Source: a virus (lineage: Duplodnaviria > Caudoviricetes). From it: a stretch of 64,000 nucleotides of DNA. Positions 18,100 to 28,070 of the stretch are shown in pieces. A program made the translations under genes and the position numbers. Below the pieces are notes generated by a model. The model was not told the DNA's origin. It did no database searches and saw nothing but the letters and a program-made list of their open reading frames with translations. The stretch is from the IMG/VR virus record IMGVR_UViG_3300005662_000036, positions 1 through 64,000 of that record. One strand, written 5' to 3'. Each line of letters starts with the position of its first letter. Positions within the stretch are counted from its first letter, which is position 1.

Positions 18100-20523
18100 A
18101 TGGACAATTTTTTCGACAAAGCGTTACATTATTTAGGAAAAACTTCTAAAGATAAGGTTTTTGTGTTAAATGTCGGCGCCATGGATGGAGTGACGTTTGA
18201 TGAAATGATCGGTTATACAAATATGTATAACTTCAAAGGACTTTACGTAGAACCTATATCATATCTATTCGAAAGACTTAAACGCAATTTAAAAGAGCAA
18301 AACGGGAACAAGTTTGAAAACAGTGCAATTTCAAATTATGATGGAGAAATTGAAATGCTTTCTATTAAAAGAGAAGCAATAGATAATGGACTTATTCATA
18401 ACTGTTTTTATGGAATGAGCGCTGTATATCCGCCTAAAAACGGGTTGGGATCCGAAGGAGATCGTGAAACTGTAGAAAAATACGGAGAGAAAGTTACTGT
18501 TCGTTGTGTAACGTTTGATACCTTGTTAAAGAAACACCAAATAGATAATTTCGATGTATTAAAAATCGATGCTGAAGGACACGACTACGAAATATTAAAA
18601 CAAGTAAACTTAACAGATCATAACCTAAAAGTTGTAAGATTAGAATGGGATAGTTTATCAGTAGCCGAAAAAGAAGCAACTTTGCTTCAATTCGAAAAAG
18701 CTAATTTCGTACACGACTTTTCAGGACAAGACATTGTAGGCATATCAAAAGATTTCTATAATGAACTGAAAGGATTTCATGCAAATACAGACAACAATTC
18801 TCAACAGCCGAGTTGTACAGTAAAAGAACCAACAGCTCCATCTAAAACCACTGTTGTTACTGGACTCTGGAATATTAAAAGAGATTCTTTGCAAGAAGGT
18901 TGGAGTAGATCGTTCGATCATTATTTGGAAAAATTTGATCAACTATTAGACATCAAAGAAAACATGATTATCTTTGGTGACAGAGAGTTAGAATCTTTTG
19001 TGTTTCGGAAACGCACTCAGCAAAACACTCATTTTGTTGTCAGACCTTTAGAGTGGTTTAAAACAAACGATTATTACAACACAATACAAAAAATCAGACA
19101 AGACCCAAATTGGTTCAATCAAGCTGGTTGGTTGCACGAATCTACTCAAGCTAAGCTTGAAATGTATAATCCTTTAGTAATGTCTAAAGTATTTTTACTC
19201 AATGACGCAAAAATATTAGACAAATTTGACTCAGAGCATATGTATTGGGTAGACGCTGGATTGGCTAATACGGTACATCCTGGATATTTTACTCACGATT
19301 TAGTTCTCGATAAAATCTCAAAGCAAAACAAAGGAATAACGTTTGTTTGTTTTCCTTATGAAGCAAACAATGAAATTCACGGGTTTCGGTTTAACGACAT
19401 ATGTAAGTTAGCTGGAGATAACGTAAACAAAGTAGCTAGAGGAGGATTTTTTGGAGGTCCCAAAAAATGCATAGAACAGTTTAATTCACTTTACTATAAT
19501 TTGCTTTTTCAAACGTTAGAATCCGGTTTAATGGGAACAGAAGAATCCTTATTTACTATTCTTCTTTACCAACATCCCGAACTATTTCAATATGCTGAAA
19601 TACAAGATAACGGATTGATTTCTACATATTTTGAAAACGTTAAAAACGATTCAGTAACTTTAAAGAGAGAACGAATTAAAAACGGCTTAGGAAAGACGTC
19701 ATCGAAACCATATACAGATAAAGCAGGTCTTTATGTGATTGGATTTAACAGTCCAAAACAATTTGAAACTCTTATTAATTCAATGAAGCTGTACGACAAA
19801 AATTTTCTTGATAAAACAACAAAATTTTTGCTTGATAATTCAACAGATGCTTCAACTTTTCCAAGATATCAAGAGTTGTGTAAAGAATATAATTTCGAAC
19901 ATATTAAAAAGGATAATTTGGGAATTTGTGGCGGAAGACAATTCATAGCAGAGCATTTTCAACAAACCGATTTAGAATATATGTTCTTTTTCGAAGATGA
20001 TATGTTCTTTTATCCGCACGAAGGACAAGTTTGTAAAACTGGATTTAACAGATTTGTTGATAATCTTTACGACAAGACATTAAAGATTATGAATTTAGAA
20101 GAGTATGACTTTTTAAAAATCAGCTTTACTGAGTTCTATGGAACCAATTCTACTCAGTGGGCTTGGTATAATGTTCCGCAAGCTAAAAGAGAAGAGTATT
20201 GGCCAGAATACAATCAATTGCCAGTTCACGGAACTGACCCAAACTCACCTAAAACTGTTTTTAAAAATATTAAAACACACACAGGAGTTGCTTATGCTGA
20301 TGGCGAAATATATTATTCAAATTGGCCACAAATTGTATCTAAGGAAGGAAACAAAAAAATGTTTTTAGATACAAAATGGGCACATCCGTACGAACAAACA
20401 TGGATGTCGCATATGTTTCAAGAAACTAAGAGCGGAAGATTACACCCAGCTATATTGTTATTAACTCCAATTGAACATAATCGGTTTGATCATTATTCAG
20501 GAGACTTAAGAAAAGAAAGCTAA
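18100..20523 (+). CDS. three-domain fusion: FkbM methyltransferase + HtrL/YibB-like domain + GT-A (GT2-like) glycosyltransferase
   Basis: ATG 18100 preferred. LNVGAMDG...YVEP...LKIDAEGHDYEIL (FkbM); TTVVTGLWNIKR...SKVFLL...YWVDAGL...GGFFGG (HtrL); DNST...NLGICGGRQ...FFFEDD (GT-A). Confidence 0.75.
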   Translation: MDNFFDKALHYLGKTSKDKVFVLNVGAMDGVTFDEMIGYTNMYNFKGLYVEPISYLFERLKRNLKEQNGNKFENSAISNYDGEIEMLSIKREAIDNGLIHNCFYGMSAVYPPKNGLGSEGDRETVEKYGEKVTVRCVTFDTLLKKHQIDNFDVLKIDAEGHDYEILKQVNLTDHNLKVVRLEWDSLSVAEKEATLLQFEKANFVHDFSGQDIVGISKDFYNELKGFHANTDNNSQQPSCTVKEPTAPSKTTVVTGLWNIKRDSLQEGWSRSFDHYLEKFDQLLDIKENMIIFGDRELESFVFRKRTQQNTHFVVRPLEWFKTNDYYNTIQKIRQDPNWFNQAGWLHESTQAKLEMYNPLVMSKVFLLNDAKILDKFDSEHMYWVDAGLANTVHPGYFTHDLVLDKISKQNKGITFVCFPYEANNEIHGFRFNDICKLAGDNVNKVARGGFFGGPKKCIEQFNSLYYNLLFQTLESGLMGTEESLFTILLYQHPELFQYAEIQDNGLISTYFENVKNDSVTLKRERIKNGLGKTSSKPYTDKAGLYVIGFNSPKQFETLINSMKLYDKNFLDKTTKFLLDNSTDASTFPRYQELCKEYNFEHIKKDNLGICGGRQFIAEHFQQTDLEYMFFFEDDMFFYPHEGQVCKTGFNRFVDNLYDKTLKIMNLEEYDFLKISFTEFYGTNSTQWAWYNVPQAKREEYWPEYNQLPVHGTDPNSPKTVFKNIKTHTGVAYADGEIYYSNWPQIVSKEGNKKMFLDTKWAHPYEQTWMSHMFQETKSGRLHPAILLLTPIEHNRFDHYSGDLRKES

Positions 20524-20555
20524 TTCAATAACGCATATATTTTAAAGCAATAAGA

Positions 20556-20561
20556 TAAATA
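20556..20561 (+). promoter_or_regulatory. TAAATA late-promoter-like motif
   Basis: 10 nt before ATG 20572. Confidence 0.45.
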
Positions 20562-20571
20562 ATACAAACTT

Positions 20572-21579
20572 ATGTTATTCATCTTATTGCTTGGAATTAG
20601 TGCGTTATTTGTAGCTGGTTGTGCAGCATACTTTTCAGTATTCGGCATTGCCTCTCTTTTTTCAGGAAGCTTTATTCAAGTTGCTATTATGGCTTCTTCT
20701 TTAGAGCTAGGAAAACTCGTTGCAACGTCATTTTTGTACAGATACTGGAAATCAACAAGGCTGTGGCTTAAAACGTATTTGATAGTAGCTATTTTGCTGT
20801 TGATGGGTATTACTTCTATAGGAGTGTTTGGTTATCTTTCTTCGGCATACCAAACAAACTCTACTAAATATTCGCAAGTAGATTCGCAAATTAAGCTACT
20901 TCAAGAACAAAAAACATCTTTGGATTCGGAAATTGAACAAAACAATCTAAGAATAGAGGTTTTAAATAAAGCCAGATTGGCTCAAGAGCAAAGATTGCCC
21001 AATATGTCTAGCACTTCAGCAAAACCTGTTTATGCTGACATAGAAAGAGCAGGAAAAGAAATATCAGAATTAAACACCAGATCTCAAAGTTTACAAGATC
21101 AAAAATTTAAAAAAGATCAAGAATTACTCACGTTACAAACAAACTTACATTCCGTTAAAGATATAGGAACGTTTAGTTTTGTTGCATCTGCTGTAAACAA
21201 ACCACTTGATGTCGTCGTGATGTTGTTTATTTGTTTATTAATTCTCGTTTTTGATCCACTTGCTGTCTGTTTAATACTTGCTTACAATGTAGCTGTTACC
21301 GCACGAAAAAAAAATAAAGACGCGTTATTAGTGAACACTGTAAGTACAAAACAAGAACAAACAGCAACACCGACAAACAACTCTGATTTGCAATCTATAA
21401 AAGCAGACCTTTCAACATCTGTTGATTCTAAACACGAAGATATTGCAGTGCAAATTAAATCAAACGAACAACTAAACAATACACAACAAGATGTTACGGA
21501 AGAAGTTACTGTGTCAACAATTAAACCAAACAAAGGCAGTAAAAGTTTGGTTGGAGTAGGACATCTTATCCAAAAATAA
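20572..21579 (+). CDS. multi-TM membrane protein with central coiled coil
   Basis: About three N-terminal hydrophobic helices (SALFVAGCAAYFSVFG...LELGKLVATSFLYRYW), a long heptad region, another TM (VVVMLFICLLILVFDPLAV), polar tail. Confidence 0.7.
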   Translation: MLFILLLGISALFVAGCAAYFSVFGIASLFSGSFIQVAIMASSLELGKLVATSFLYRYWKSTRLWLKTYLIVAILLLMGITSIGVFGYLSSAYQTNSTKYSQVDSQIKLLQEQKTSLDSEIEQNNLRIEVLNKARLAQEQRLPNMSSTSAKPVYADIERAGKEISELNTRSQSLQDQKFKKDQELLTLQTNLHSVKDIGTFSFVASAVNKPLDVVVMLFICLLILVFDPLAVCLILAYNVAVTARKKNKDALLVNTVSTKQEQTATPTNNSDLQSIKADLSTSVDSKHEDIAVQIKSNEQLNNTQQDVTEEVTVSTIKPNKGSKSLVGVGHLIQK

Positions 21580-21585
21580 AAGATT

Positions 21586-22074
21586 TTACGAAGCGCAGCA
21601 AAACGCATCACATAAAATATCCTCTACTGTTTTGCTTTGAGTTTCTGTTTCTGTAAAAGGTGCATAATAGTCACCGTAAGGATCATCGATGTTGTTTGCT
21701 GATGGAACTGATGCAGCATTAGTAATACTAATAACATCTTGTTTGGCGTGAGGCATTTTTCGTTCAATTTCTCCTAAAATTACTAATAAAAGATGATGAT
21801 ATGAAATATTTTTTTTTGCAGCTTCAATAAATTCATGAATATCAGCTTTTGTAAATTTTTGAGCAAGACGTTCAAACGGATTATCATAATGCCCAAAAAC
21901 TAGCAAAGGTAAGTAGTTTACAGAAATTGCTGCACAGTCTTTAATTACTTGCGAAGCAGCTGGATTTATTATTTTTACCCCAGTAGAAGGCTCAACCATT
22001 GCTTTTTTTGCAGCGTTGACTAGTTTGGCTTGTTTTAGATTACTGTTTGATAATAGTATTTCAATAAATCTCAT
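21586..22074 (-). CDS. hypothetical late protein
   Basis: ATG at 22074 (MRFIEILLS) sits 5 nt after a - strand TAAATA; the ORF track start at 22128 overlaps the divergent gene. Confidence 0.6.
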   Translation of the reverse strand: MRFIEILLSNSNLKQAKLVNAAKKAMVEPSTGVKIINPAASQVIKDCAAISVNYLPLLVFGHYDNPFERLAQKFTKADIHEFIEAAKKNISYHHLLLVILGEIERKMPHAKQDVISITNAASVPSANNIDDPYGDYYAPFTETETQSKTVEDILCDAFCCAS

Positions 22075-22079
22075 AAATG

Positions 22080-22121
22080 TATTTAGCTGTATATTTTTTA
22101 AAAACTTAATAAATATAAATA
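22080..22121. promoter_or_regulatory. divergent pair of late-promoter-like motifs
   Basis: - strand TAAATA at 22085-22080; + strand TAAATA at 22110-15 overlapping a full TATAAATA at 22114-21. Confidence 0.55.
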
Positions 22122-22411
22122 TGTCCACAAATTTTAACCGTTTTCACAAGCAAATAGACAAGTACTCTAAAGAGTTCGCAGCATTTGAGCCATTTAAAGG
22201 AGACATTACAAAAGTTATTCCAATAGAAAGCCTTTACGAAAGAGAGGCAACTTCAGCCTTAATAAAAGAAATGATTGATGGAAATCAGTACAAAACAGCA
22301 CACATGACGACAAAACACAAACTACAAGAAATCGGAATGAATGCTGAGCAAGAATTTTACATTTCAGCAGAAAAATCAAGTTTAACAACACCAGTTTTAA
22401 TTCCATTATGA
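22121..22411 (+). CDS. hypothetical late protein
   Basis: ATG 22121 (MSTNFNRF) after the late motif; 96 aa. Confidence 0.6.
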   Translation: MSTNFNRFHKQIDKYSKEFAAFEPFKGDITKVIPIESLYEREATSALIKEMIDGNQYKTAHMTTKHKLQEIGMNAEQEFYISAEKSSLTTPVLIPL

Positions 22412-22983
22412 AAAAATTCGACATTATTTATGAGAATATAATTCAACGTATTAACGAAAGAAATTATAAAAATTCTACATTCAAAGATAATATACGTTCA
22501 TTACTCAAAACATTAAAAGACAACGATTATATTACACAAGATACCGATATCGAGTTGAAAACGAATGAAATCTGGGAACAAGAAGGTAACGTCAAGACAT
22601 TAAATTTAGATGAAACCGAAGACGCATTACCTGCAATGAGATTAAGACTTAAGCAAGATAGCGACTCGGAAAGCTTTAGTGTAACAGCAATTAAGCTAGC
22701 TGATCCTGAAAATCAAAAAGAATTTAAAAACGATTTTTTGGAAACAATATTTAAAGATGTAGTAGATTACATCAAAACGGCTAGTATTGAAACGCTTCAA
22801 TCTTCGAACGTAATTAAAGAGTTGCCTCCAACGGAAGGACCAGCAGCACAACCTGGAGCAGAAGAGTCGGAACTTCCGACTCAAAAAAAAGGAACCGAAG
22901 ACTTGATTAAGCAAACTGAAAAAGATTCAGAAGAGAACGAAGCTCCTTCCGAAGAAAAAAAAGAGCCTAGATTTAAAACATAA
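22408..22983 (+). CDS. acidic hypothetical protein (possible head-internal protein)
   Basis: 191 aa, ATGA overlap with the previous gene; begins MKKFDIIYENII; acidic tail. Confidence 0.65.
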   Translation: MKKFDIIYENIIQRINERNYKNSTFKDNIRSLLKTLKDNDYITQDTDIELKTNEIWEQEGNVKTLNLDETEDALPAMRLRLKQDSDSESFSVTAIKLADPENQKEFKNDFLETIFKDVVDYIKTASIETLQSSNVIKELPPTEGPAAQPGAEESELPTQKKGTEDLIKQTEKDSEENEAPSEEKKEPRFKT

Positions 22984-22991
22984 TTTTTTTT

Positions 22992-23969
22992 ATGGCTGAT
23001 GACAACACAATAACATTAAAAAAAAGTCAAAGCCCTCAGACAATTTCCAGAACAAAGTATTTTTGGGAAGAAGTTTTATCCAAGCCTGCAAGCGCTCTAC
23101 CCAAAGGAGCACAATGGTATGTAATATTTGATGGACTAGAGCAAATCGAATCAGCAATTAAACAAGCAACTTTGCGAGAACCGAATGCTTGGAATTTAGA
23201 TGCTCAAAAAATTCTACTGACAAGATCATACCAAAACGCAGAAAATATAGGTTGTGTGTTTTGTCAAGCAATTGATCAGCCAGGAGAAGCGACAGCAGCT
23301 TCCGTTGAAGGTAATATTTCAGCAAATGGGTTAATTCGCTCATATGTTGGTCAAGGAAGAGCAGCATTTGAACCACTTAGAATGACGTTTTTGGACACCA
23401 ACGTGTCATTTACTGACACGTTTTTAAGAGGTTGGGCTTTAGCTACAGCAAATTTTGGAATGATTGCTAGAAGCAAAAAATCAGATAAAAACTATAGAGT
23501 TTCTTCTGTATCTTGTTATAAGCTGGGTTATTATAGCCCAGACGAGCCAGTGTCTATTTTAAGCAAAATGACATTTTATGATGTATGTTGTATTTCCGTT
23601 TCAAGAGAAGAACTCAACTACAGCCAAAAAGATGTTATGCTACGAGAGGCTCAGTTTATCTATAACAATTATAAAATCGAATCTACTCCAAGCAGTGCTG
23701 GGTTTGCTGGAAATGCTGCTATTACAAATAGATATAGTTCTAAACCTTCAGAAAGATGGCAGCAGGAAGTTAGAAAAGCTGAACCGCTAAACAAATCAGG
23801 TCCTGAGGCTTCTTCTGGTAGCGTAAATGATAAAACCTCTACCGTTCCAAATAGCAAGCTACCAGGAGTTCTCGGAAGTATTTCTAACGGTTTTGGTAGA
23901 ATTGGAGATACTGTTGAAAACGCATTTAAAGGACAGCTTGGTTCAGGAGCTCAATCTCGACCAAAATAG
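22992..23969 (+). CDS. tail-tube-fold protein (T4 gp19/gp54-like)
   Basis: FCQAIDQPGE, FEPLRMTFLDTNVSFTDTFLRGW, KMTFYDVCCISVSREELNY, REAQFIYNNY match the tube-fold pattern; heads the baseplate-hub block. Confidence 0.65.
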   Translation: MADDNTITLKKSQSPQTISRTKYFWEEVLSKPASALPKGAQWYVIFDGLEQIESAIKQATLREPNAWNLDAQKILLTRSYQNAENIGCVFCQAIDQPGEATAASVEGNISANGLIRSYVGQGRAAFEPLRMTFLDTNVSFTDTFLRGWALATANFGMIARSKKSDKNYRVSSVSCYKLGYYSPDEPVSILSKMTFYDVCCISVSREELNYSQKDVMLREAQFIYNNYKIESTPSSAGFAGNAAITNRYSSKPSERWQQEVRKAEPLNKSGPEASSGSVNDKTSTVPNSKLPGVLGSISNGFGRIGDTVENAFKGQLGSGAQSRPK

Positions 23970-23987
23970 TTAGTTAAATGACAACAC

Positions 23988-24878
23988 ATGAAATTTTTGA
24001 TACAAACTTGTACAGAAACCAATGTTCTGTGTGACGAGTTAAAAGTAAAGCATTATAAAGAATTACTGAAGTCTCTTTATGGAGACGAGCCGAACCCCGT
24101 AGTGTTTTTTGAAACTTTATGGGATATACTTTCTGATTTAACAAATAAAGATAAATCGTTTTTTAAACAAGTTAGTTTAATTGATTTGTTTTTATATATT
24201 ATACAAATAAGAATAAATTCGCAAGGGGATGCTTGTAATTTGGTGTTAATGAGAGAAGGAAAAAAGAACAGTATTGAATTACGTTTAGATTTCTTAGTAG
24301 AAGAATTATTATTAGCTTACGCTCAACATGAAACATTAATTGCCTGTAATGAAAACACAGAGGTCTTGTTTGAATGTCCCAGCTCTCAAAAATTATTACA
24401 GTATGCTCCTCAAGAGTTTTTACGTTTTCTAAAGGGTGTTTTTGTTATAAAAAACCAAAAAAAGACGTTTGTTGAAATTAAAACTATTGATGAAGCCACT
24501 CAAATATTCAACAAGGTTCCGTTAACAACTTCTCTTGCTTTTGTTAAAGCATACGAGTCGTTTATTAACACAGCATCTAATATAAATTTTTTGACTCGTT
24601 ACAATGTAGAAGATCAGCACATTTGTTTATTGCCTTCGACCGAATCTTTCATTTGGCTAATAAAATTGTTGTTTAACGAATCTCTAGACGGATTTTATAA
24701 TAATATGTTTTATTTGTCGTATCTCGGTCATATGAATTCAAGATACTTAGAAAATTGCACTCCAGGTGAGTATATGTTATATGCTCAACTGTTAGAAAGT
24801 AATCTTGCTGCCGCTCAAAAAAATTCTAATGGTTTGAATTCAGAAGAGTTTCCACAAAACGAAGAGTTCGATTCTTGA
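23988..24878 (+). CDS. baseplate hub assembly protein (gp26/gp51-like)
   Basis: LKVKHYKELL, SLIDLFLYIIQIRINSQGD, and C-terminal FYNNMFYLSYLGHM...LENCTPGEYMLY (gp51-like). Confidence 0.6.
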   Translation: MKFLIQTCTETNVLCDELKVKHYKELLKSLYGDEPNPVVFFETLWDILSDLTNKDKSFFKQVSLIDLFLYIIQIRINSQGDACNLVLMREGKKNSIELRLDFLVEELLLAYAQHETLIACNENTEVLFECPSSQKLLQYAPQEFLRFLKGVFVIKNQKKTFVEIKTIDEATQIFNKVPLTTSLAFVKAYESFINTASNINFLTRYNVEDQHICLLPSTESFIWLIKLLFNESLDGFYNNMFYLSYLGHMNSRYLENCTPGEYMLYAQLLESNLAAAQKNSNGLNSEEFPQNEEFDS

Positions 24879-24896
24879 TATACTAAGATTTGTCAC

Positions 24897-24902
24897 TAAA
24901 TA
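24897..24902 (+). promoter_or_regulatory. TAAATA late-promoter-like motif
   Basis: 5 nt before ATG 24908. Confidence 0.5.
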
Positions 24903-24907
24903 AAAAC

Positions 24908-25690
24908 ATGGATGACAATGATAACATCAGCTTTGTTGATTTGCTTGATTTAGTCTCAAAAGAGCAAACATTTGAGCTCGTTTTGACGAATAACATTTCT
25001 GTAGCATGCAAACAATTGTCAACACAACAGCTTAAACGTTTTATAGAAACAATCGTTGATTCTCCATTAACACAAGCAGCTTTTAATTCAACAGCAACAA
25101 AAATCTTTAAAGAATGCGTTTGTGATATTACTGAGACTCAGTTTGATGCACTTACGATAATAGATAAATTAATCTTTATTTTAGAAACGAGAATTAGATC
25201 AATTTCTCCTAATTTGAGTGTTAATAAAGATGATCCTTCCTCCATAATTGAGCTCACAAAAGTGTTAGAAAACATCAAAAATGCTACAATCGAACACATT
25301 ACGTTATTTTGTGATAAAACAATTACTCAAGATAAATTTACGCTAAGTTTTGGACCGCCTTTATTATTGGCAGAAGCTCAGCTAAATTCAGAAATCTATA
25401 GCACTCTGAAACCAAATTTAAACAACGAAGACGAGCTAAGAACGGTGCTGGGCGACATTTTTGTTAATGAAATTGCTAAATCACTCAAAAGCGTCAAAAT
25501 TGATGGATCTGTTTTGGATTTTTCTACAACTACGTTTAGAGAAAGATTAAAAATACTAGAAAAACTTCCTGCGTCTCTTATTCAAGAAGTTGTTGAATAT
25601 GTAGAAGCTTTTAAAAAGGTAACAGATTCGTGTTTGATTGTGGATGGGTATTCACTATCGATAAATGGCTCTTTGTTTTCAATAAGATGA
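24908..25690 (+). CDS. baseplate hub subunit (gp26-like)
   Basis: KQLSTQQLKRFI, LTIIDKLIFILETRIRSIS, FRERLKILEKLPASLIQEVVEYVE; ATG 24908 preferred. Confidence 0.6.
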   Translation: MDDNDNISFVDLLDLVSKEQTFELVLTNNISVACKQLSTQQLKRFIETIVDSPLTQAAFNSTATKIFKECVCDITETQFDALTIIDKLIFILETRIRSISPNLSVNKDDPSSIIELTKVLENIKNATIEHITLFCDKTITQDKFTLSFGPPLLLAEAQLNSEIYSTLKPNLNNEDELRTVLGDIFVNEIAKSLKSVKIDGSVLDFSTTTFRERLKILEKLPASLIQEVVEYVEAFKKVTDSCLIVDGYSLSINGSLFSIR

Positions 25691-25707
25691 CATAAGTAGT
25701 TTGCAGA

Positions 25708-28044
25708 ATGACTGCAACTACAAGACAAGATGCTGAAGAAGGGTTGACTGAAAAAGTAGCACAACTCTTATACGAAAAGCTTGATCTTAAACCAACCGCT
25801 TTCGTAGAATCTCTTGTAAAAAACATAGCAAAACAAGTAGTTGGAGATGTTCAAACAATCAAGCAAATAAATTCTCCAATTCCTCAAAAACAAATTAAAC
25901 AAAACGATGGTTTTAATCAAGGCAAGCAAATCAGAACAGACGCAATTTCATACGCTCCAATATTTGGAGAAATCAATCTAAATGTACAAAAGTTAATTAC
26001 TCAGATCCAACATTTAAACAAAAACACTTTCTCACAAACAATTCAACAAAACACAGAAGCTCATCCAGCACTTAAACTTACGTCTTCCGAAATTAGCACA
26101 ACCGACAAACAACTATTTTCAACAGAAAACGTTGAAGGCATGTTGTCGAAACTTACGTCAAACCAACAAGGATTTATGCAAAAAACGTTTGAAGCAATCA
26201 AACAACTAATTGCAACAACATCAAAACCGGTTGTTCAAAATACTTCTATCATCGAGCAGACAAATATTCAACCCGTTTCTTTAGAATCAATTAAAACGGA
26301 AGCTCAAAAACACTTGAGTTCGGCAATCGACGTGGGAACAATCAATATACAAGATACTTTACTAAAAATTTATAATTTATTACTCAAAAAGTTAGAATTA
26401 CTACAAACCAACGGAGCAGGAGGATCTGGAGGATCCGGAGGACCAGGAGTTGTAGAAACGGTTATTGGATATGAACTACTTAAAAAAGCAGTCCCGTGGA
26501 TGCAGAGAATGGCAGGAGGAGCTCTAGCAACAGCAGGTGGATTAGCAGCAACAGCATCAGCAATTGGAGGAACTTCAGTTACAGCAGCTCCTCTTTTAGC
26601 TACAGGACTTACAGTAGCAGCTGGAGATCAAATTGGAAAATTAGCTAGTGATCCGCTAGCTAGATATATTTATGGAAACGAAGCCGTGGATCAATCCAAA
26701 GAGCAATACGGTAATATCGGACCGATAAATTCTCCAATTCTCGGACTAGGTCAAGTGGGATTAGAAGGAATAGGACTTGGGTTGGAAAGCATTGAATCTG
26801 CTTTACGAAATAATAGGTTAGAAAGCGAAGCTCGTGAGAGGGAAAACTCGAAACAACAAGCAATTAAACAACTTGGATTTTCTTCAATTGATGAATATGT
26901 AGAAGCCAGAAAAGCTGAAAAGGCTCCAGCTATTAAATGGGACCCACAACAAAGACAGTATTTACCTCTAAAAGATTCCAAGCAAAAGGTTACTGAGCAA
27001 CAAACGGATAATCAATATAAACCTATCGAGAATGTTCAACCACCACAAAAAGGGGTTGAAGAAAAATCTAAAAAAACAGTTCCGCTCCAAGATAACAAAC
27101 AATCACCAACCGCTGCTCCTATTCCACAAGCAATCCCTCCGGTTATTCCTACTTCTGCTAAAACGGAAATTACAAAACAACCCGATAAAAACGCAAAAAG
27201 TGTGGTCGAGGAGCAAGCGTCTTTAGATCAAGTAAGAAATCTCGTTTTAACAGAAATTAAAAAGCAATCAAATCAGCTAACAGAAAAACAAATAGCAACC
27301 ATCTTTGCTGATTGGTCTGCAAAAATGAATGTGGGGTCTGATTTAAAAAACAATAAAGAAGATATTGATAAATTCATAAATGCTGTTAACTCTACAAAAG
27401 GACAGACTGAATTTAAAAAATTAATTGAGATGCACAAAACTCAAGCTAATAAAGATTCCCTCAAGACAAACAACGAAACAGCAAACAAACCAAACCCCCA
27501 AACACAAATAAAGCCAATTGACCATAACAAGGAGCAAAAACCAGAAACCACGTCTACTGCAAAATCAAATAGCACTCCAAAAGAAACGGCACCAGAGAAC
27601 AATAAGAAAGAATCTTCTTTCAAACAAACTCAACAACCAGTTGAAGCTCAATCACCTAAGCTCAACACTCAACCAGAAACAAGTTCAGCTAATATAAAAA
27701 TTAAACCAGAACAACAAACAGTTGTTGTTAAAGTTCCACCAGAACGTGATGCGACTATTAAACAAGCAGCCACTGCAACTGAGCAAATAAATGTAAAAAT
27801 GGACGGACTCATAAAAGGCTTTAATAACATAGCAGAGTCTATAGTAATGCTTAGTAAAAGTATGGGAAAAGATGTCAGAGTATCAAACATGACAATCCCT
27901 CAGCCAAACGTAAACAGTAGTTATACTTCATCATCAGCAGATTTTAGCTCATCGAGTACCACTCGTTATGCTAAAACTATAGGCGGTTCGGCAATACCAG
28001 CCAACAGAATGGAAACAGAGCAATTCAGGGTAATTCCAGCTTAA
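25708..28044 (+). CDS. tape-measure-like / baseplate hub protein (gp29 position)
   Basis: 778 aa, helical N-terminal half, Gly/Ala-rich hydrophobic core, low-complexity Q/K/T/P C-terminal half; located between the hub genes and the gp48-like pair. Confidence 0.5.
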   Translation: MTATTRQDAEEGLTEKVAQLLYEKLDLKPTAFVESLVKNIAKQVVGDVQTIKQINSPIPQKQIKQNDGFNQGKQIRTDAISYAPIFGEINLNVQKLITQIQHLNKNTFSQTIQQNTEAHPALKLTSSEISTTDKQLFSTENVEGMLSKLTSNQQGFMQKTFEAIKQLIATTSKPVVQNTSIIEQTNIQPVSLESIKTEAQKHLSSAIDVGTINIQDTLLKIYNLLLKKLELLQTNGAGGSGGSGGPGVVETVIGYELLKKAVPWMQRMAGGALATAGGLAATASAIGGTSVTAAPLLATGLTVAAGDQIGKLASDPLARYIYGNEAVDQSKEQYGNIGPINSPILGLGQVGLEGIGLGLESIESALRNNRLESEARERENSKQQAIKQLGFSSIDEYVEARKAEKAPAIKWDPQQRQYLPLKDSKQKVTEQQTDNQYKPIENVQPPQKGVEEKSKKTVPLQDNKQSPTAAPIPQAIPPVIPTSAKTEITKQPDKNAKSVVEEQASLDQVRNLVLTEIKKQSNQLTEKQIATIFADWSAKMNVGSDLKNNKEDIDKFINAVNSTKGQTEFKKLIEMHKTQANKDSLKTNNETANKPNPQTQIKPIDHNKEQKPETTSTAKSNSTPKETAPENNKKESSFKQTQQPVEAQSPKLNTQPETSSANIKIKPEQQTVVVKVPPERDATIKQAATATEQINVKMDGLIKGFNNIAESIVMLSKSMGKDVRVSNMTIPQPNVNSSYTSSSADFSSSSTTRYAKTIGGSAIPANRMETEQFRVIPA

Positions 28045-28056
28045 TTGTGCATTAAG

Positions 28057-28062
28057 TAAATA
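28057..28062 (+). promoter_or_regulatory. TAAATA late-promoter-like motif
   Basis: 8 nt before ATG 28071. Confidence 0.5.
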
Positions 28063-28070
28063 ACAATATT

